Notes: generated from the letters alone by a model not told the origin. DNA of 64,000 bases from Octopus sinensis (GCF_006345805.1 NC_042999.1:73656001-73720000); one strand, 5' to 3'; numbered from the stretch's first letter, positions 53,601 through 63,288 are shown. Program-made: numbers and translations.

Positions 53601-55869
53601 ACTGTTTTATTAAATTACCAAATATGAGAGAGAGAGTGGGAGTGTGTGTGTGTGTGTGTCTGTGAGTGTGTGTGCAATGGATAACAATAAAAATAGATGG
53701 TGATCCAATGCAATGTTATCCTTCAGTGCACCAGTGGTGTAATTTAACAAAGACAGGACAATAGAAAGGAGGAACACTGAAAAGGAAGAGTGATTGATAA
53801 GAGGGTAATGAATTAAGAGAGATTGCAGATTTTTTCTTGAATGAGTTAGGCAAGTTATCTCCAGCACAGCACTTCACCACAAGTCACTGTCGTTTGTCAT
53901 CTTTGTGAAGTTCAGCCTCTTGAGATGTCTTCACAATTTCAGACAATGCCTTCTTTGGCCTCTCTTCCAAATGCTTGCCTTATTTCTAATCTTCATAAAT
54001 TTTCTACATTCAAGATCCATATCTGACAACAATGCAATATCACACTTCATCCATAAGCATTGTATAAGCTGCCTTTTATTCTGAGAAAGAAAGTCTTTGT
54101 TGTTAACAGAGATTATAGCTCCCTGAACTTTCTCCACCTTGTTTTTAGTGATAATTATGCTTTTGGAAGACTCACCACAACTGCTAATGAGGTCACCAAG
54201 ATAACAGAAGTTAACAACTACCTCTAGGGAGTCCTCCAAGTATTTCAAGGAATTTAATCTCATGCACAGACATGGCTGTATGGATTAAAAGTTTACTTCT
54301 CAACTACATGGTTGTGAGTTCAGTCCTATAATGTGACATCTAGGATAAGTGTCCTCTACTATAGCCCTGGGCCAACCAAAAGCTTATGAGTGGGTTTGAT
54401 AGATGGAAACTGAAAGAAAACCCATCGTGTGTGTGTGAGAGAGAGAGAATGCGAGCACAAACATGCATACACATGTGCTTCCTTGTCTTGACACCACATG
54501 ATAACTGTAAATGTGTAATCATCAGAGAAGCATTGTCATTTGTTTTCAATTTTCTGTGAAAATATGTCTGGGCTTGGAAAAATATAACCTTGTTAGGAAA
54601 CAAGTGAGGCTTGGCAACAGGGAGGGTATCTGGCTGTAGAAGATCTGCCTTAAAGAATTCCATCTGACCAATGCAAGCATGGAAAAGTGGACATTAAAAC
54701 AATGACGATGTACCCTCCATACTAACTACTCCTGTGCATTTGCAACATATGAAGTCTACCTTCCTTGTTAGTTTGCTTCTGAATCCACTATATAATTTGT
54801 GTGTGTGTAGACAACTCTGGGAGAATTTAAATCACAGTGATGCTGCTATTAAACTGCTTCTCAGTTAGTGTAATTAGTGCTACACCATTAAACTGTTCTT
54901 TTTTTTTTATACTTTAAGCAAAGTACAGTGAAACTATATGGCACCTTTCAAAATGGCACAACAATACCTTAATTCATGATCTCTATCTAAGTCAAGCAAT
55001 CACAGTATCTATCTTATCCTTTCAACATTTTATTTCCAAGTGCACACACATGTAGAGAGAGAACAAAGATAGGCACATATCATGTGGCTCAATGGCTAAA
55101 TAATACCCTATGCAACAGGTGTTACATATTTTTGTAAGCTCACAAAAATTTCTGCTTGAGTTAACAGGAGGATAAAATATCTATTGAAAATCTATTCTTT
55201 TGTAAAGATATTAACTAATAAACCAGTTTCGAAGAATTAAAAATAAGACAAAAGTAAATAAAGATTTATCAACTTCTCACAGACTGAGAACAATACAAAA
55301 ACCAAAGAATAATTATAATTTTGAAATAATGTTTTTTGACTTTCTTATTTCAAATTAGGCCAAAAACATACTGGTTCTCACTGAAGCAGCAAAATAATTT
55401 CACTGAGAGAAAACAGACTTTAAAAAGATCTTAGCAATACCTATGCTTTATTGTACTATAACAATAGTAAGTACATTTATATTAACTTACTGTTGAAAGT
55501 TAGTAGTCTTACCTGTAAAATATATTCTACACAATATATGCCATTGTGATACATTCAAGACTCTCCAACTCATAATAATCTCTTGTTAGATGTGTATTTC
55601 TACAATCCATACTCTGTATATTTAACAGTGACTAACGCAAGTGAATGTGATACAATTATTTAGAAAATACTTTTGTTTGGTTCAGTATAAACACCATTCA
55701 TTTTGTGTAAGAATTTTCTTAATGAAGGGTTAAGAGAAAAATGAGAAAATAATAAGCCAACAAGTTTCCACTTACATCATTGCCATGACATTTTAGTAAT
55801 TCCATTTCATCTGCAGTAAAGCTTGCCATTGATATAGATTTCACTCTGTGGGGAGGGTTTAATCCACGC
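379..55869 (-). CDS. AGFG1: ArfGAP with FG repeats (AGFG1/AGFG2, HRB/drongo orthologue); spliced span of the 7 exons seen, 5' part missing
   Basis: Exons spliced by hand with consistent phases give [18 protein letters not shown]...HGND | [12 protein letters not shown]...[16 protein letters not shown] (C-terminal ArfGAP domain). They also give [30 protein letters not shown] dipeptides, four NPF motifs and terminal STNPFL*, all recognisable hallmarks of human AGFG1. AGFG1 vs AGFG2 naming is nominal for an invertebrate. Confidence 0.93.
747..1318. mobile_element. MITE-like fold-back element with ~95-bp terminal inverted repeats
   Basis: 747-843 (gtctagggagagtcattatgccaata...ttggttaaatatccaactaa) is inverted at ~1228-1318. 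GGG...CCC termini (752/1313) are flanked by TA; the interior is CA-rich and non-coding. Confidence 0.75.
1776..1921 (+). mobile_element. RTE-type 3' tail fragment
   Basis: ggttggtgttaggaagggcatccagctgtaaaa...cccatgccagcatggaa...(TGA)n, homologous to the LINE end at 43080-43235. Confidence 0.75.
1990..2811 (+). mobile_element. Old non-autonomous retroposon: pyrimidine-rich body plus diverged RTE-type tail
   Basis: A CT-rich degenerate tract runs into aagcactcagtacacactgtaaagtagttggcattagaaag...gccatgctagcatggaaaatgtacattaaataatga. Confidence 0.5.
3042..3430 (-). CDS. AGFG1: AGFG exon, 389 nt, FG/NPF-rich: (V)PNPFG...GNPFA...SANPFM
   Basis: Acceptor ttttcttacag, donor ATG|gtaagt; phase 1 to 0; three NPF motifs; within ORF 2895..3494. 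Confidence 0.93.
4040..4356 (+). mobile_element. RTE LINE 3'UTR fragment (young)
   Basis: Carries gtgccggtggcacgtaaaaagca units and a tail nearly identical to 43080-43235, ending in (TGA)n. Confidence 0.85.
5561..5810 (-). mobile_element. RTE LINE 3'UTR fragment, reverse orientation
   Basis: (TCA)n...ctacagctggatgcccttcctaatgccaaccactc is the reverse complement of the tail. Confidence 0.75.
6511..6907 (-). mobile_element. tRNA-derived SINE, family A (full length)
   Basis: Reverse complement of 43277-43684: A-box-like GTGGCTGTGTGG, B-box-like GGTTCAATCC, CORE-like TTGGGCAAGTG, (TA)/(TG) hinge, tail GACTGAAACAAGTAAAGAG. Confidence 0.85.
8152..8175 (-). CDS. AGFG1: Candidate 24-nt alternative microexon (GGGHRLSC), with an alternative in-frame donor at 8116 (60 nt)
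   Basis: tgctttgaatgtgttttccag|GTGGTGGTCACAGATTGAGCTGTG|gtaagc; phase 1 to 1, stop-free. No transcript evidence available. Confidence 0.5.
8951..9173. mobile_element. piggyBac-like MITE, copy 1
   Basis: (ttta)ccctttatcatt...aatgctaaagag(ttaa) termini; interior homologous to 26356-26563. Confidence 0.65.
9207..9692 (-). CDS. AGFG1: AGFG exon, 486 nt: (A)[10 protein letters not shown]...FANF...[13 protein letters not shown]...AFGNA
   Basis: Acceptor ttttcttctttag, donor CAG|gtgatt; phase 1 to 1; matches ORF 9106..9672. Confidence 0.92.
12992..13075 (-). CDS. AGFG1: AGFG exon, 84 nt: (G)[27 protein letters not shown]
   Basis: Acceptor tttttctgcttctcag, weak donor G|gtttgt; phase 1 to 1; FADF motif typical of AGFG/endocytic adaptors. 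Confidence 0.82.
14157..22843. repeat. ~8.7 kb imperfect (TA)n/(TATG)n microsatellite tract with embedded retroposon scraps
   Basis: Read directly from the sequence. All YI/MY-rich ORFs here are artefacts; the noise suggests low-accuracy long-read consensus. Confidence 0.97.
23038..23314 (-). CDS. AGFG1: AGFG exon, 277 nt, with polyQ tract and [11 protein letters not shown] motif
   Basis: Acceptor tttttcttttccag, donor CAG|gtagaa; phase 0 to 1; overlaps ORF 22967..23287. Confidence 0.9.
23900..24040 (-). mobile_element. Degraded SINE (family D-like)
   Basis: tctgaactcggaac...aaatactacaaggtatct...ctaccaatccactgcc resembles the head of 39286-39498. Confidence 0.4.
25018..25526. mobile_element. 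Non-autonomous hAT (Charlie-like) element, 509 bp
   Basis: Perfect 16-bp TIRs CAGGGGTAGGGAAACT / AGTTTCCCTACCCCTG; exact 8-bp TSD GACTACAG at 25010-25017 and 25527-25534. Confidence 0.92.
26018..26272 (-). CDS. AGFG1: AGFG exon, 255 nt: [43 protein letters not shown]...[20 protein letters not shown]
   Basis: Acceptor tttttcag, donor CAG|gtaaga; phase 0 to 0; ArfGAP C-terminal KYE.KRW motif and KPL.SLLG motif. Confidence 0.95.
26356..26563. mobile_element. piggyBac-like MITE, copy 2
   Basis: TTAA-tcctttagca...tgctaaaagt-TTAA; same interior as 8951-9173 (ttactgtcaa.tgtaat, gtgagagg, atatttggg). Confidence 0.65.
27780..28300 (-). mobile_element. Possible highly degraded LINE RT remnant
   Basis: Faint minus-strand echoes of RT motifs (F.V.NGLK..CTL; KAF); heavily frameshifted. 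Confidence 0.25.
29085..31550 (+). mobile_element. Decayed Ty3/gypsy LTR-retrotransposon pol (PR-RT-RH-INT), antisense to the host gene
   Basis: Fragments in gypsy order: [13 protein letters not shown] (protease), [32 protein letters not shown] (RT; YLDD mutated), FTVDASD (RNase H), IHGLFHP and [16 protein letters not shown] (integrase). Many stops and frameshifts; no paired LTRs recognised. Confidence 0.9.
32650..33720 (+). mobile_element. Degraded non-LTR (I/Jockey-like) RT remnant
   Basis: A-rich, with frameshifted motifs resembling IP..WK...I..ILKP.K...RPI (~32790-32880), GFRP.HS (~32950) and KAFD (~33040). Confidence 0.4.
34905..35265 (+). mobile_element. Old SINE: family A head plus RTE-type tail
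   Basis: gtgattgtatggttaagaag...ttggtagatagaaactaaaagaagcc, then (TG)n, then a module shared with 54480-54710. Confidence 0.6.
36225..36601 (+). mobile_element. tRNA-derived SINE, family C (CpG-rich, young)
   Basis: GGCGCAATGGCCCAGTGTTTAG (A-box-like), GGTTTTGATTCC (B-box-like); GC island flanked by (TA)n and (CT)n. Confidence 0.75.
37021..37642 (+). mobile_element. 5'-truncated mariner (DD34D-type) transposase pseudogene with right TIR
   Basis: [41 protein letters not shown]...GEYIID*; right end ...gccaacccaa|TA, typical of mariner TIRs. Confidence 0.88.
39286..39498 (-). mobile_element. tRNA-derived SINE, family D
   Basis: Minus strand reads ggtggccagctggtagaattgttagc...gagttcaaattcc...ctttgcctttcatc...gataaaataagtaccag; a related + copy lies at ~44010-44135. 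Confidence 0.6.
39930..40300 (+). mobile_element. Old SINE with (TG)n hinge and RTE-type tail
   Basis: ttggtagatagaaactg..gaagc, (TG)n, gacaggaagggcagctggc...caacccatgctagcatagaa. Confidence 0.5.
40519..40714 (+). mobile_element. Family A SINE head plus (TA)n, abutting the LINE
   Basis: Near-identical to 43277-43450; A-box TGGCTGAGTGG, B-box GGTTCAATCC. Confidence 0.85.
40715..42385 (+). CDS. LINE reverse transcriptase, partial (no true start codon), with embedded C4HC3 finger
   Basis: Stop-free from the end of the (TA)n to TGA at 42383-42385. The ORF-track start at 40604 lies in SINE sequence. Confidence 0.85.
42433..43075 (+). repeat. Tandem array of ~11 x ~61-bp units in the LINE 3'UTR
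   Basis: Unit ~ggcccccgtgccggtgrcacgtaaaagcaccatccgttcgtggccgtttgccagctctgtct; I counted 11 aaaag(c/t)acc anchors. Confidence 0.92.
43277..43852 (+). mobile_element. Family A SINE (full length) plus tandem duplicate of its 3' module (43706-43852)
   Basis: A/B-box head, (TA)/(TG) hinge, tail gactgaaacaagtaaaagag; the 3' module repeats after a (TA)n run. Confidence 0.88.
46870..47610 (-). mobile_element. Old retroposon: diverged RTE-type tail plus purine-rich (+ strand) body
   Basis: (TCA)n...ccactttacagagtgtactgggt...actaaagag, then a GA-rich tract; mirror image of 1990-2811. Confidence 0.5.
47645..48576 (+). mobile_element. RTE LINE 3' fragment (ORF C-terminus, 3'UTR units, tail)
   Basis: [25 protein letters not shown]...GRGRPRKT is homologous to 42040-42270; tail ends in (TGA)n. 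Confidence 0.88.
48577..48685. mobile_element. ~110-bp fold-back miniature element
   Basis: ~47-nt arms (tatatcagttggatagagttaaaacatggtctggttttcacattttt / aaaaacgtgaaaaccagaccaagttttaactttattgaactgatata) with ~5 mismatches, a short AT spacer and TA flanks. Confidence 0.75.
48815..49291 (-). mobile_element. Family A SINE, reverse orientation, with an insertion at its hinge
   Basis: Homologous to 6511-6907. Confidence 0.8.
49292..49668 (+). mobile_element. Family A SINE, older, forward orientation
   Basis: Homologous to 43290-43680; directly abuts the reverse copy. Confidence 0.75.
49900..50015 (+). mobile_element. Short RTE ORF remnant
   Basis: Encodes ~[21 protein letters not shown], cf. 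[21 protein letters not shown] in the main LINE. Confidence 0.6.
50312..50452 (+). mobile_element. RTE 3' tail (young, heavily 5'-truncated)
   Basis: Near-identical to 43094-43235. Confidence 0.85.
51580..52023 (+). mobile_element. RTE 3'UTR fragment with ~4-5 diverged tandem units and tail
   Basis: Repeated gtgccagtggcacataaaaagcacc units followed by the tail. Confidence 0.8.
52735..53610 (+). mobile_element. Degraded Tc1/mariner transposase, maT (DD37D)-like
   Basis: Frameshifted motifs [56 protein letters not shown] (cf. SPDLNPLDY.vW), [12 protein letters not shown]. Confidence 0.72.
53870..54812 (-). mobile_element. Old RTE ORF remnant interrupted by a SINE
   Basis: [24 protein letters not shown] (cf. 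[24 protein letters not shown]) at 53931-54263; the zinc-finger part (HTHK...[13 protein letters not shown]) continues at 54711-54812. Confidence 0.7.
54265..54710 (+). mobile_element. SINE: family A head, microsatellite hinge, RTE-type tail
   Basis: catggctgtatgg...gagttcagtcc...gatggaaactgaaagaa, (TG)/(GA)n, ggcaacagggagggtatctggctgtagaa...gcatggaaaagtggacattaaaacaatgacgatg. Confidence 0.7.
55776..55869 (-). CDS. AGFG1: AGFG exon, 94 nt: (x)[31 protein letters not shown], ArfGAP core
   Basis: Acceptor ttgttttacag, donor GAT|gtaagt; phase 2 to 0; near-identical to AGFG1 [14 protein letters not shown]. Too short for the ORF track. Confidence 0.95.
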
Positions 55870-56672
55870 CTGTAAAACAATTAGTTACTTTTTTAAAACA
55901 ACATCTAATTTAAAAACATCCATTACAGATTAATATTTTACTAAAGATTCTATCAAACGACTGTTAAAGAGAATATAAGAACATTTGTCCAATCTTTATT
56001 AATATCTGAAAGAAATATAATACACATTTAAGAAATAGGTACGTTTATGTGAGAAAGGGATAAAACTGAAGAAGCCACAAATAAAATAAGGCAGAGGAAG
56101 AAAAGAAAAAAAATTTAAATATCAGATATTAGACAAATTCTTATACATTGAATAAAGAAGCTCAAGCACATGTCAAATTAACCCATGGCTTAATAGCAAT
56201 TACATGATAGATACAGAACCCTAATTTCAGGATATAATCTGTAAATTCTACCCTTAACAAGCAAATTTTAACACTTTAAAAAAACTATAACTATGGTATG
56301 TATGTCATTGTCATTATCACTATTTTACATCCACAACATGAGTGAGACACGTTACTACTGTCATATTTAAAGTTACTGCTCTCCTAGACAGGCCCTAATG
56401 CCAACTACATTACATAGTGTACTGGGTTCATTTTATCAAAGCACCAACATTGCATGGTTTGTATATTCTTAGTACCACTTGATCATTAACCATTTTACAG
56501 AGTGTACAGAGAGCATTTGTCTGTGGCACTAGCACTATTGAGATTGCCTTGTACCTATAAGACTAAAGAATTCTCATCACCCCATGAGGTCTCCATTCAT
56601 TTAGAGCAATGCAATCAAGAAAATAAATAGTAGAGAGGGCAATGACGAATGGCATGTATGTACGTGCATATG

Positions 56673-56734
<62 letters not shown>

Positions 56735-56739
56735 ATGTA

Positions 56740-56957
56740 CAATAATACCTTGCCATATCGCGGTTCACCTATTGTGGCTTATTACTTAAGCTTACATCAA
56801 TTCCTCTGTGGCGTTGTTTTGCATTTATAATAAAATAAATATATACAAATTATAAAAACAAAAAAATATACATTACAGTACTGTTTCTACTTCATGGATT
56901 TTCACCTATTGCGGGAGGTTTTGGAACGTAACACCCACAATAGTCAAGGGATTACTG
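56740..56957. mobile_element. pogo/Tigger-like MITE, 218 bp
   Basis: TA|CAATAATACCTTG ... CAAGGGATTACTG|TA (11/13 TIR match) with TA TSD. Confidence 0.7.
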
Positions 56958-59850
56958 TATATGAATCCATGAAAGGAAGAGTTGAAGGACTTAGAGAATA
57001 GTGTGAGGTATAAGGATAGCAGTGCACAATGCTTCCAGTAGAACTCAGACATCATAAGTTTATTGCTAAATCTACTATGCCCGTCATTATTGACATTGGA
57101 CTTAAGAACAGCACAGCAGTGATTTGTGAACTAGAGAGAAGTGGAAAATATATTAATATGGCAAACACATGTAAGAGAAATACCATAGCTGAGGACAAAA
57201 AAACTAATCCTCAGTGAGATTAAAACAAAATAGTTACTGTAAAGTTGGAACGGCTACAGCTGCGTCTAGTTTGGTGTGGTGGCTGCAGGGATGATGACAA
57301 GAAAAAGTGTGCCACAGTATGGGCCAAAAAGCCTGGGCATTCCCTAGTAGCATGCTGCCAAAATTAAAGAGATCTCTAGTTGACAACTGAGAAAATTAAC
57401 ACACACACAAATACACACAGGTATGCATGATTACAGACATAGACATGTTGCATGTCTATATAATCATGCATGGTATGCGTCCACTCAGAATCTCACAAGT
57501 AGGGTGTCCTGCAGAAAAACTAAGGCCAGATTTGGAATCAATAAATAAATTGAAATAAACAAACAAAACAAATACCATTTTCATCCATTGGGTCTCAGAA
57601 GATTCTCTACTTCTTTAAAATTCACTTCTAATTATTCAAGATATTGAGGTGAAATTTGATATACTATTCAATAATACTTTACTGATAATTTAATAAGTTT
57701 TATTAGCCTTGTAGCTGTTCAATTACAGGAGGTGCATAATTTAGGGTTTGAGAACAGAACATTTTTGAGGTGGGGTACAGGGTTTCAAAAATCTTTAGTG
57801 TTTATTAGGAACAGAAATTTTTTTAGGAAGAAAAGAATTTTCATGAAGATTAGGAAATTATTATAGGGGCCAGAAGAATTTTAATTTTAAATTTGTTTTA
57901 AGAAATAATTACATTGATATTGATAATATAAATAAAATTATCGATTTGTTTGAATATTTATATTTTATACTAATTTATGCAAAAGTTTTACTGTTTTTAT
58001 AAAATTAAATCAATATCAAATGAGATACTTTTCCATTATTTTTTCTAGCATAAATATTCTTTTATTCTCATTGCATGACTTACTTTGCTTCATAAAAAAC
58101 ATTCTATGACTTTATTTATAAAGCAAATCAAGTCTGTGTAAAGTTAGTTTTAATTTTAAACCTATAAAATGATGAGCAATTTACCAATGTTAAATAATTT
58201 TTTCAATTTTCAGTTTCTGTATCTTCTTCAGTATAAAATAATCATGTGTTTGTATCTGTATTCATGATTATGTTTCTGCTCAAAAACTTGACAACATGTT
58301 GCCATACAGAAAAATTAGGGCCAAATTTAGAATTAGAAAATCAGATAAAACAAACTAGACTCCATGCTGACAACTATCCAAATCTTCATGATAACTGAAA
58401 CAAAATTCCTTTAACAAAACCTAACAGAAGACTAATGTGAAGTTTGCAATGGAGTTAAAGAGAATGTTCTGCATAGCAACCACAACAGTAACATCACACT
58501 TTTTTGGATGTGTCTGATTGTTCAGGAAAGAGCTACATAGTTAACAGTTCTTAAATGTTTACTCAACAGGTTAAACTGTCCTAGCTACAGCATCTTCAGG
58601 TATCACAATAACACTACTTCAGGGAAGGCAAACAACATAGCACATTCAAGATTCCACTCAACAATTGCCCATGAGACCAACCAACAATAACAGATCACAG
58701 GTTCTAATTTTCAGACTCAGCAAAATAATAATTTGCTTAAACTACTGTGAAAAATAGTATTTAAATTATTTTAAATGTTCAGGAAAAATCAAATAGTTAA
58801 AATATGTTTGATAAACTATAATAATGGATTGTATTTATAACAATTTTTATTTCTAACATTAGCATATTACATATGTACATGCATGTGTGTGTAAGACTAT
58901 TTAATTAAAGCAACCTCAATATTTTAATTGGTATTTATTTAGCTGTTCAGATTAGTTTCAAAGAAACCATATCTAGCTTCATTACAATCATATTCCCAAC
59001 ACTAGCGGTAAACAAGCCAAGACAGAATCACAAATATATGTTTATATTGTTTACTGCAAAACGCTTAGCAATCCCATCTAGGTTCTCCCCTTTTACTAAC
59101 TTTGACCTTACTTTGTATGTCTGCATAAAAACACTTTTTACCTTTCATACCAACCAGTTGGTTGTAACCATACAAGAGCACTATCATCAAAATATCTGCT
59201 AAAAACTGAACCCAAATCACTTGAGTGAAAGCCAGAAATAAGGTTAGAAAATATAAACTTATTTTCAGTTGAGTCCTGATTTACTCATTACTAAAGGAGA
59301 AACAATATAAATTCTATATTTATAATAAAGAGCACACCTTTGGTTACATGTAAGTAAGATTTGTAGGCAGAAAAATTTGCTGAAAAGCAATATAGGTTTT
59401 ACCTCTAAAAATAGAAGCTAGTTTTAAAAGCAAATATGTTTTTCTAGACATCATAAGACCAGTTTTGTAGGATACATTGTAGGTATGATGTTAAAAGCAG
59501 TCATGAAGTTTCATTTTTAATGAGTGAAATAAAGTGTTGCCTCTAGATTTAACATATTGTTTTCCATTCTTACATGAAATTCACATTGTCACCTTAACAT
59601 AACTCCTCCAACTGGCTATCAAGTTTATAGGTCAACTGTATGTCATTCCTGACATAGCAAGTCCTAGTCTTTCAGAGTAATATAACTCAAATATCTTTAA
59701 TATAACTAAATATCATGAAAACAAGTATTTTCTACAAATTAATTTTTGTGGTAAAAGAAAGAGGTTTCAATGCTGAATTTAACATAAATTACTCCTACTT
59801 GATTAATCACAATATATATATATTTCTAAATTCGGACTGATATATATATA

Positions 59851-59892
<42 letters not shown>

Positions 59893-60392
59893 TTATTGTA
59901 ATCCTTCTGAAAATACTTCTTTGGCAAGTTGATTTTTCTTTCAATACAAAGTAATGACAATGTACACACACACACATTTCAGTATCCAAGCATTATAAAC
60001 AAATCCTCAGTCTTCATTAATTTGCTACCAAGCAAAGCAACTGAAATATTTTTTAAAATCCATAATAATAAAAATAATTTTGCAATATAATTTAAAAATC
60101 AATTATTTCCTTTATTTAGAAATATAGAGTAATAAAAATTTAGAACATAAATTAAGAACAATCCTCTACAAAATCTGTAATTTATAAAGAGACAAAGTCT
60201 TTGTGCTTTGTTAAGTGGACATGTGACAAGGACATAAATATAAGTCTACATTTTTGTTATAACTGCTATCCAAACCTGTAATTAAAGCAACAGAATAGAA
60301 ATATGTTCAAGTGAGAAGTGCTTATATTTAAGTGTAATAGTAATACTTATAACAAATAAAGTGGAGTATTTTGTTGACTTTGAAAACCACCT

Positions 60393-60438
<46 letters not shown>

Positions 60439-61997
60439 GACACATATTCTGGAGTGGTTTCAATGAAGGAGCAAATAAGACTGCTTTTACATGACTAACT
60501 TTCACATAAACTACTGATAGTTGAAATATACCTATTAAACAGTATCCCAAAATTATATCGAGAGGTCAAGCATATGTTAAGTGTTTTCTAAGTGGAGAAA
60601 CGCTTGGTAAAATCTGAGTAAAGATACTAAGTCTAAATCTTGAAATGTTTATATTAATGCAACATTGTAACCTTTATCCAAAAAGAGCCAACATCTATTT
60701 TTCCACTCTAAAACAAAACTTAAATGATGATAAATGATAATGCCTACACAATACCACATTTTCAGACATCTTAATCTGTATCAATTCATCTGTAATGTAT
60801 ATTATTGTAAGACTTGACCCATTTGTCACAAATCCACCATCCCCATCCTTGCTATTGCTACCCTCAATTTTTCATTTAAAATGCATCATTTACACACATT
60901 ATCTGTCAATACTAACACTATCAACTTTTGCATACACTAATCAATAATTCCAATATCCAGTTGTTTATTCAACACAATATGTACATATATGCAATACATA
61001 TTAATTATCTACCATACAAATTACTGCTTGTATGAACTCTAATAAAAAACCAACTGCAATCTCACATTATAATTAATAACTATATATCTGTCCTACATAA
61101 GAAAAACTGATGTAAAAACACTTAAATATATAATTATTAAAACTACCTGTAAAAAATAAGTATAAAACTAGCCACTTTTGCAGACAACAATAAAGAAAAA
61201 ATGATATGCCATGTAGTAGATCTAGGTGAAAGCAACAAAGTAAATCTTAGCTATACCAGAACTTCAACATCAAATTCTACCCTTTTTTAAAAAAAACATA
61301 GGTCAGAATGAAGAAGTTGATCATCATCCATGACGATGATCATGTTATTGACAAAGTATGTAATATTTCTCTTCAGTACAGCGCATGGAAAAGGTATAAA
61401 ATCTGCAGACAAAATATGAACAGAGTAATAAAAATTGTGATGCTCAGAATATACTTTTCTCTTAGTAACTGTGACTGGCTGGGAATCAGTGACTAAATGC
61501 AGCAATATATTTTTCTTCCTTATTGTTTTACATCTTTCATTTTTCTTAGAAGCAAAATAAGAAATTTTAAGATTTTGACAGTTAGAAGCCCTTCCTGAAG
61601 TTACCTGCTCAACCATGAAATAATAGTAACACCTATATTTTAGCCAAGTTAATTAAGGATTATCAATGTCTCTGTTTAAGGATATAGCAGCGTGGCCACG
61701 ACAAAGTGTGAACTAATCTCAGTGTTATTTCTTTCTCATTTTGCAAACATTTTGCCTCTTATAGTGTAACAGTGAAACATTTTCTAAATATGCAAAGCCC
61801 TGCATGAAGCAAGTTTATCCCACAATAGGTACTGTGCAGCCAATAAAAAAGATTACAAGAGAGAATACTGAATAATCTATATAAACTAATGATTTTGATG
61901 ATAACTCAAATGACATTGGTAAAAAGTTAATCCTACTGTTAAGAGACACAAATTCAATGTATGCAATCCATTTTTCAGACACAGGATATATATATGT

Positions 61998-62138
61998 ATC
62001 ATCATCATCCTCATTTAACGTCCGCTTTCCATGCTAGCATGGGTTGGACGGTTCAACTGGAGTCTAGGGAGCCCAAAGGCTGCACCAGGCCAGTCAGATC
62101 TGGCAGTGTTTCTACAGCTGGATGCCCTTCCTAACGCC
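61998..62138 (-). mobile_element. RTE 3' tail, reverse orientation
   Basis: (ATC)n ttaacgtccgctttccatgctagcatggg...gatgcccttcctaacgcca. Confidence 0.85.
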
Positions 62139-63042
62139 ATATGTATATGAATATTTGTATATGCATGTGTATATGTGTGTGTGTGTATATATATATATAT
62201 GCATGCGTACGGGTTTAAATACACATTATTAAATATAATAATGCATACACACACACACATATGTACATGCGTGTATCGATATACACTTCTTTCTTTCCTC
62301 TACCCACACTATCACAATAGTCAGTAGAATAAACTCATAAGTCTTATAGAAACTTGACCATTCTTGCTATTCTTCCTTTCCAATTTGTGGTTTACTATTC
62401 ACTTAAAAAAAAAACCTTGGTATACCTTTTTCTGTGCCCATTCTAACATATCACCCCACCTCACACACATTTATTACTTACATTCTTATCTCTTCCTACC
62501 CCTCCCCTACTCCTCTCCCATCTGCCTTCATATCTTGACCACCAACACTCCTTTTTTCACTTTCTCTTCCTTTCCTTCTTTTCTCACCTTTTCCTTTGAC
62601 CTTTCCATATTAACATACACATCTCTTCTCTCCCCTCTATCCACTTAATACTACCAATACATTCTCAAATTTTCATTCACACCACAAGACTCCTTTGAAG
62701 GAACAACTCATAGAATCTATGTCTCCACACTTTCCATTTGTGATGACAAAATATGAACTCCTATTGGAATTTACACACCACGGACAGGAAGCATTTCTAC
62801 CACTTCTACGCACCACTTTCTTGTATAATGGAACTGCAACTATAACATTTTTATACACTTTTATTTTTATTTCTACATTCATTCTATTTCCCTTTATATT
62901 CCTTATTTGCTTCCTTTTCCAAAATAACTCCTCATACAGCACTCTAATCCCTAATATCCCAGAAACAGCTGTAAGACAAACTTTCTCTTTATAAAAGTCC
63001 TGAAAATCCCATGCAGCCTTGGTTTTGTTGTCTCATTTTATT

Positions 63043-63077
<35 letters not shown>

Positions 63078-63078
<1 letters not shown>

Positions 63079-63288
63079 CATCATCATCATTTAGCGTCCG
63101 CTTTCCATGCTAGCACGGGTTGGACAGCCAGAAGGCTGCATCAGACCCAGTCTGATCTGGCAGTGTTTCTAAGGCAGGATGCCCTTCCTAACGCCAACCA
63201 GTCCATGAGTGTAGTAGGTGCTTTTTACGTGCCACCCGCACAGGTGCCAGATGGGGCTGGCAAACGGCCACGGACGGATGGTGCTTTT

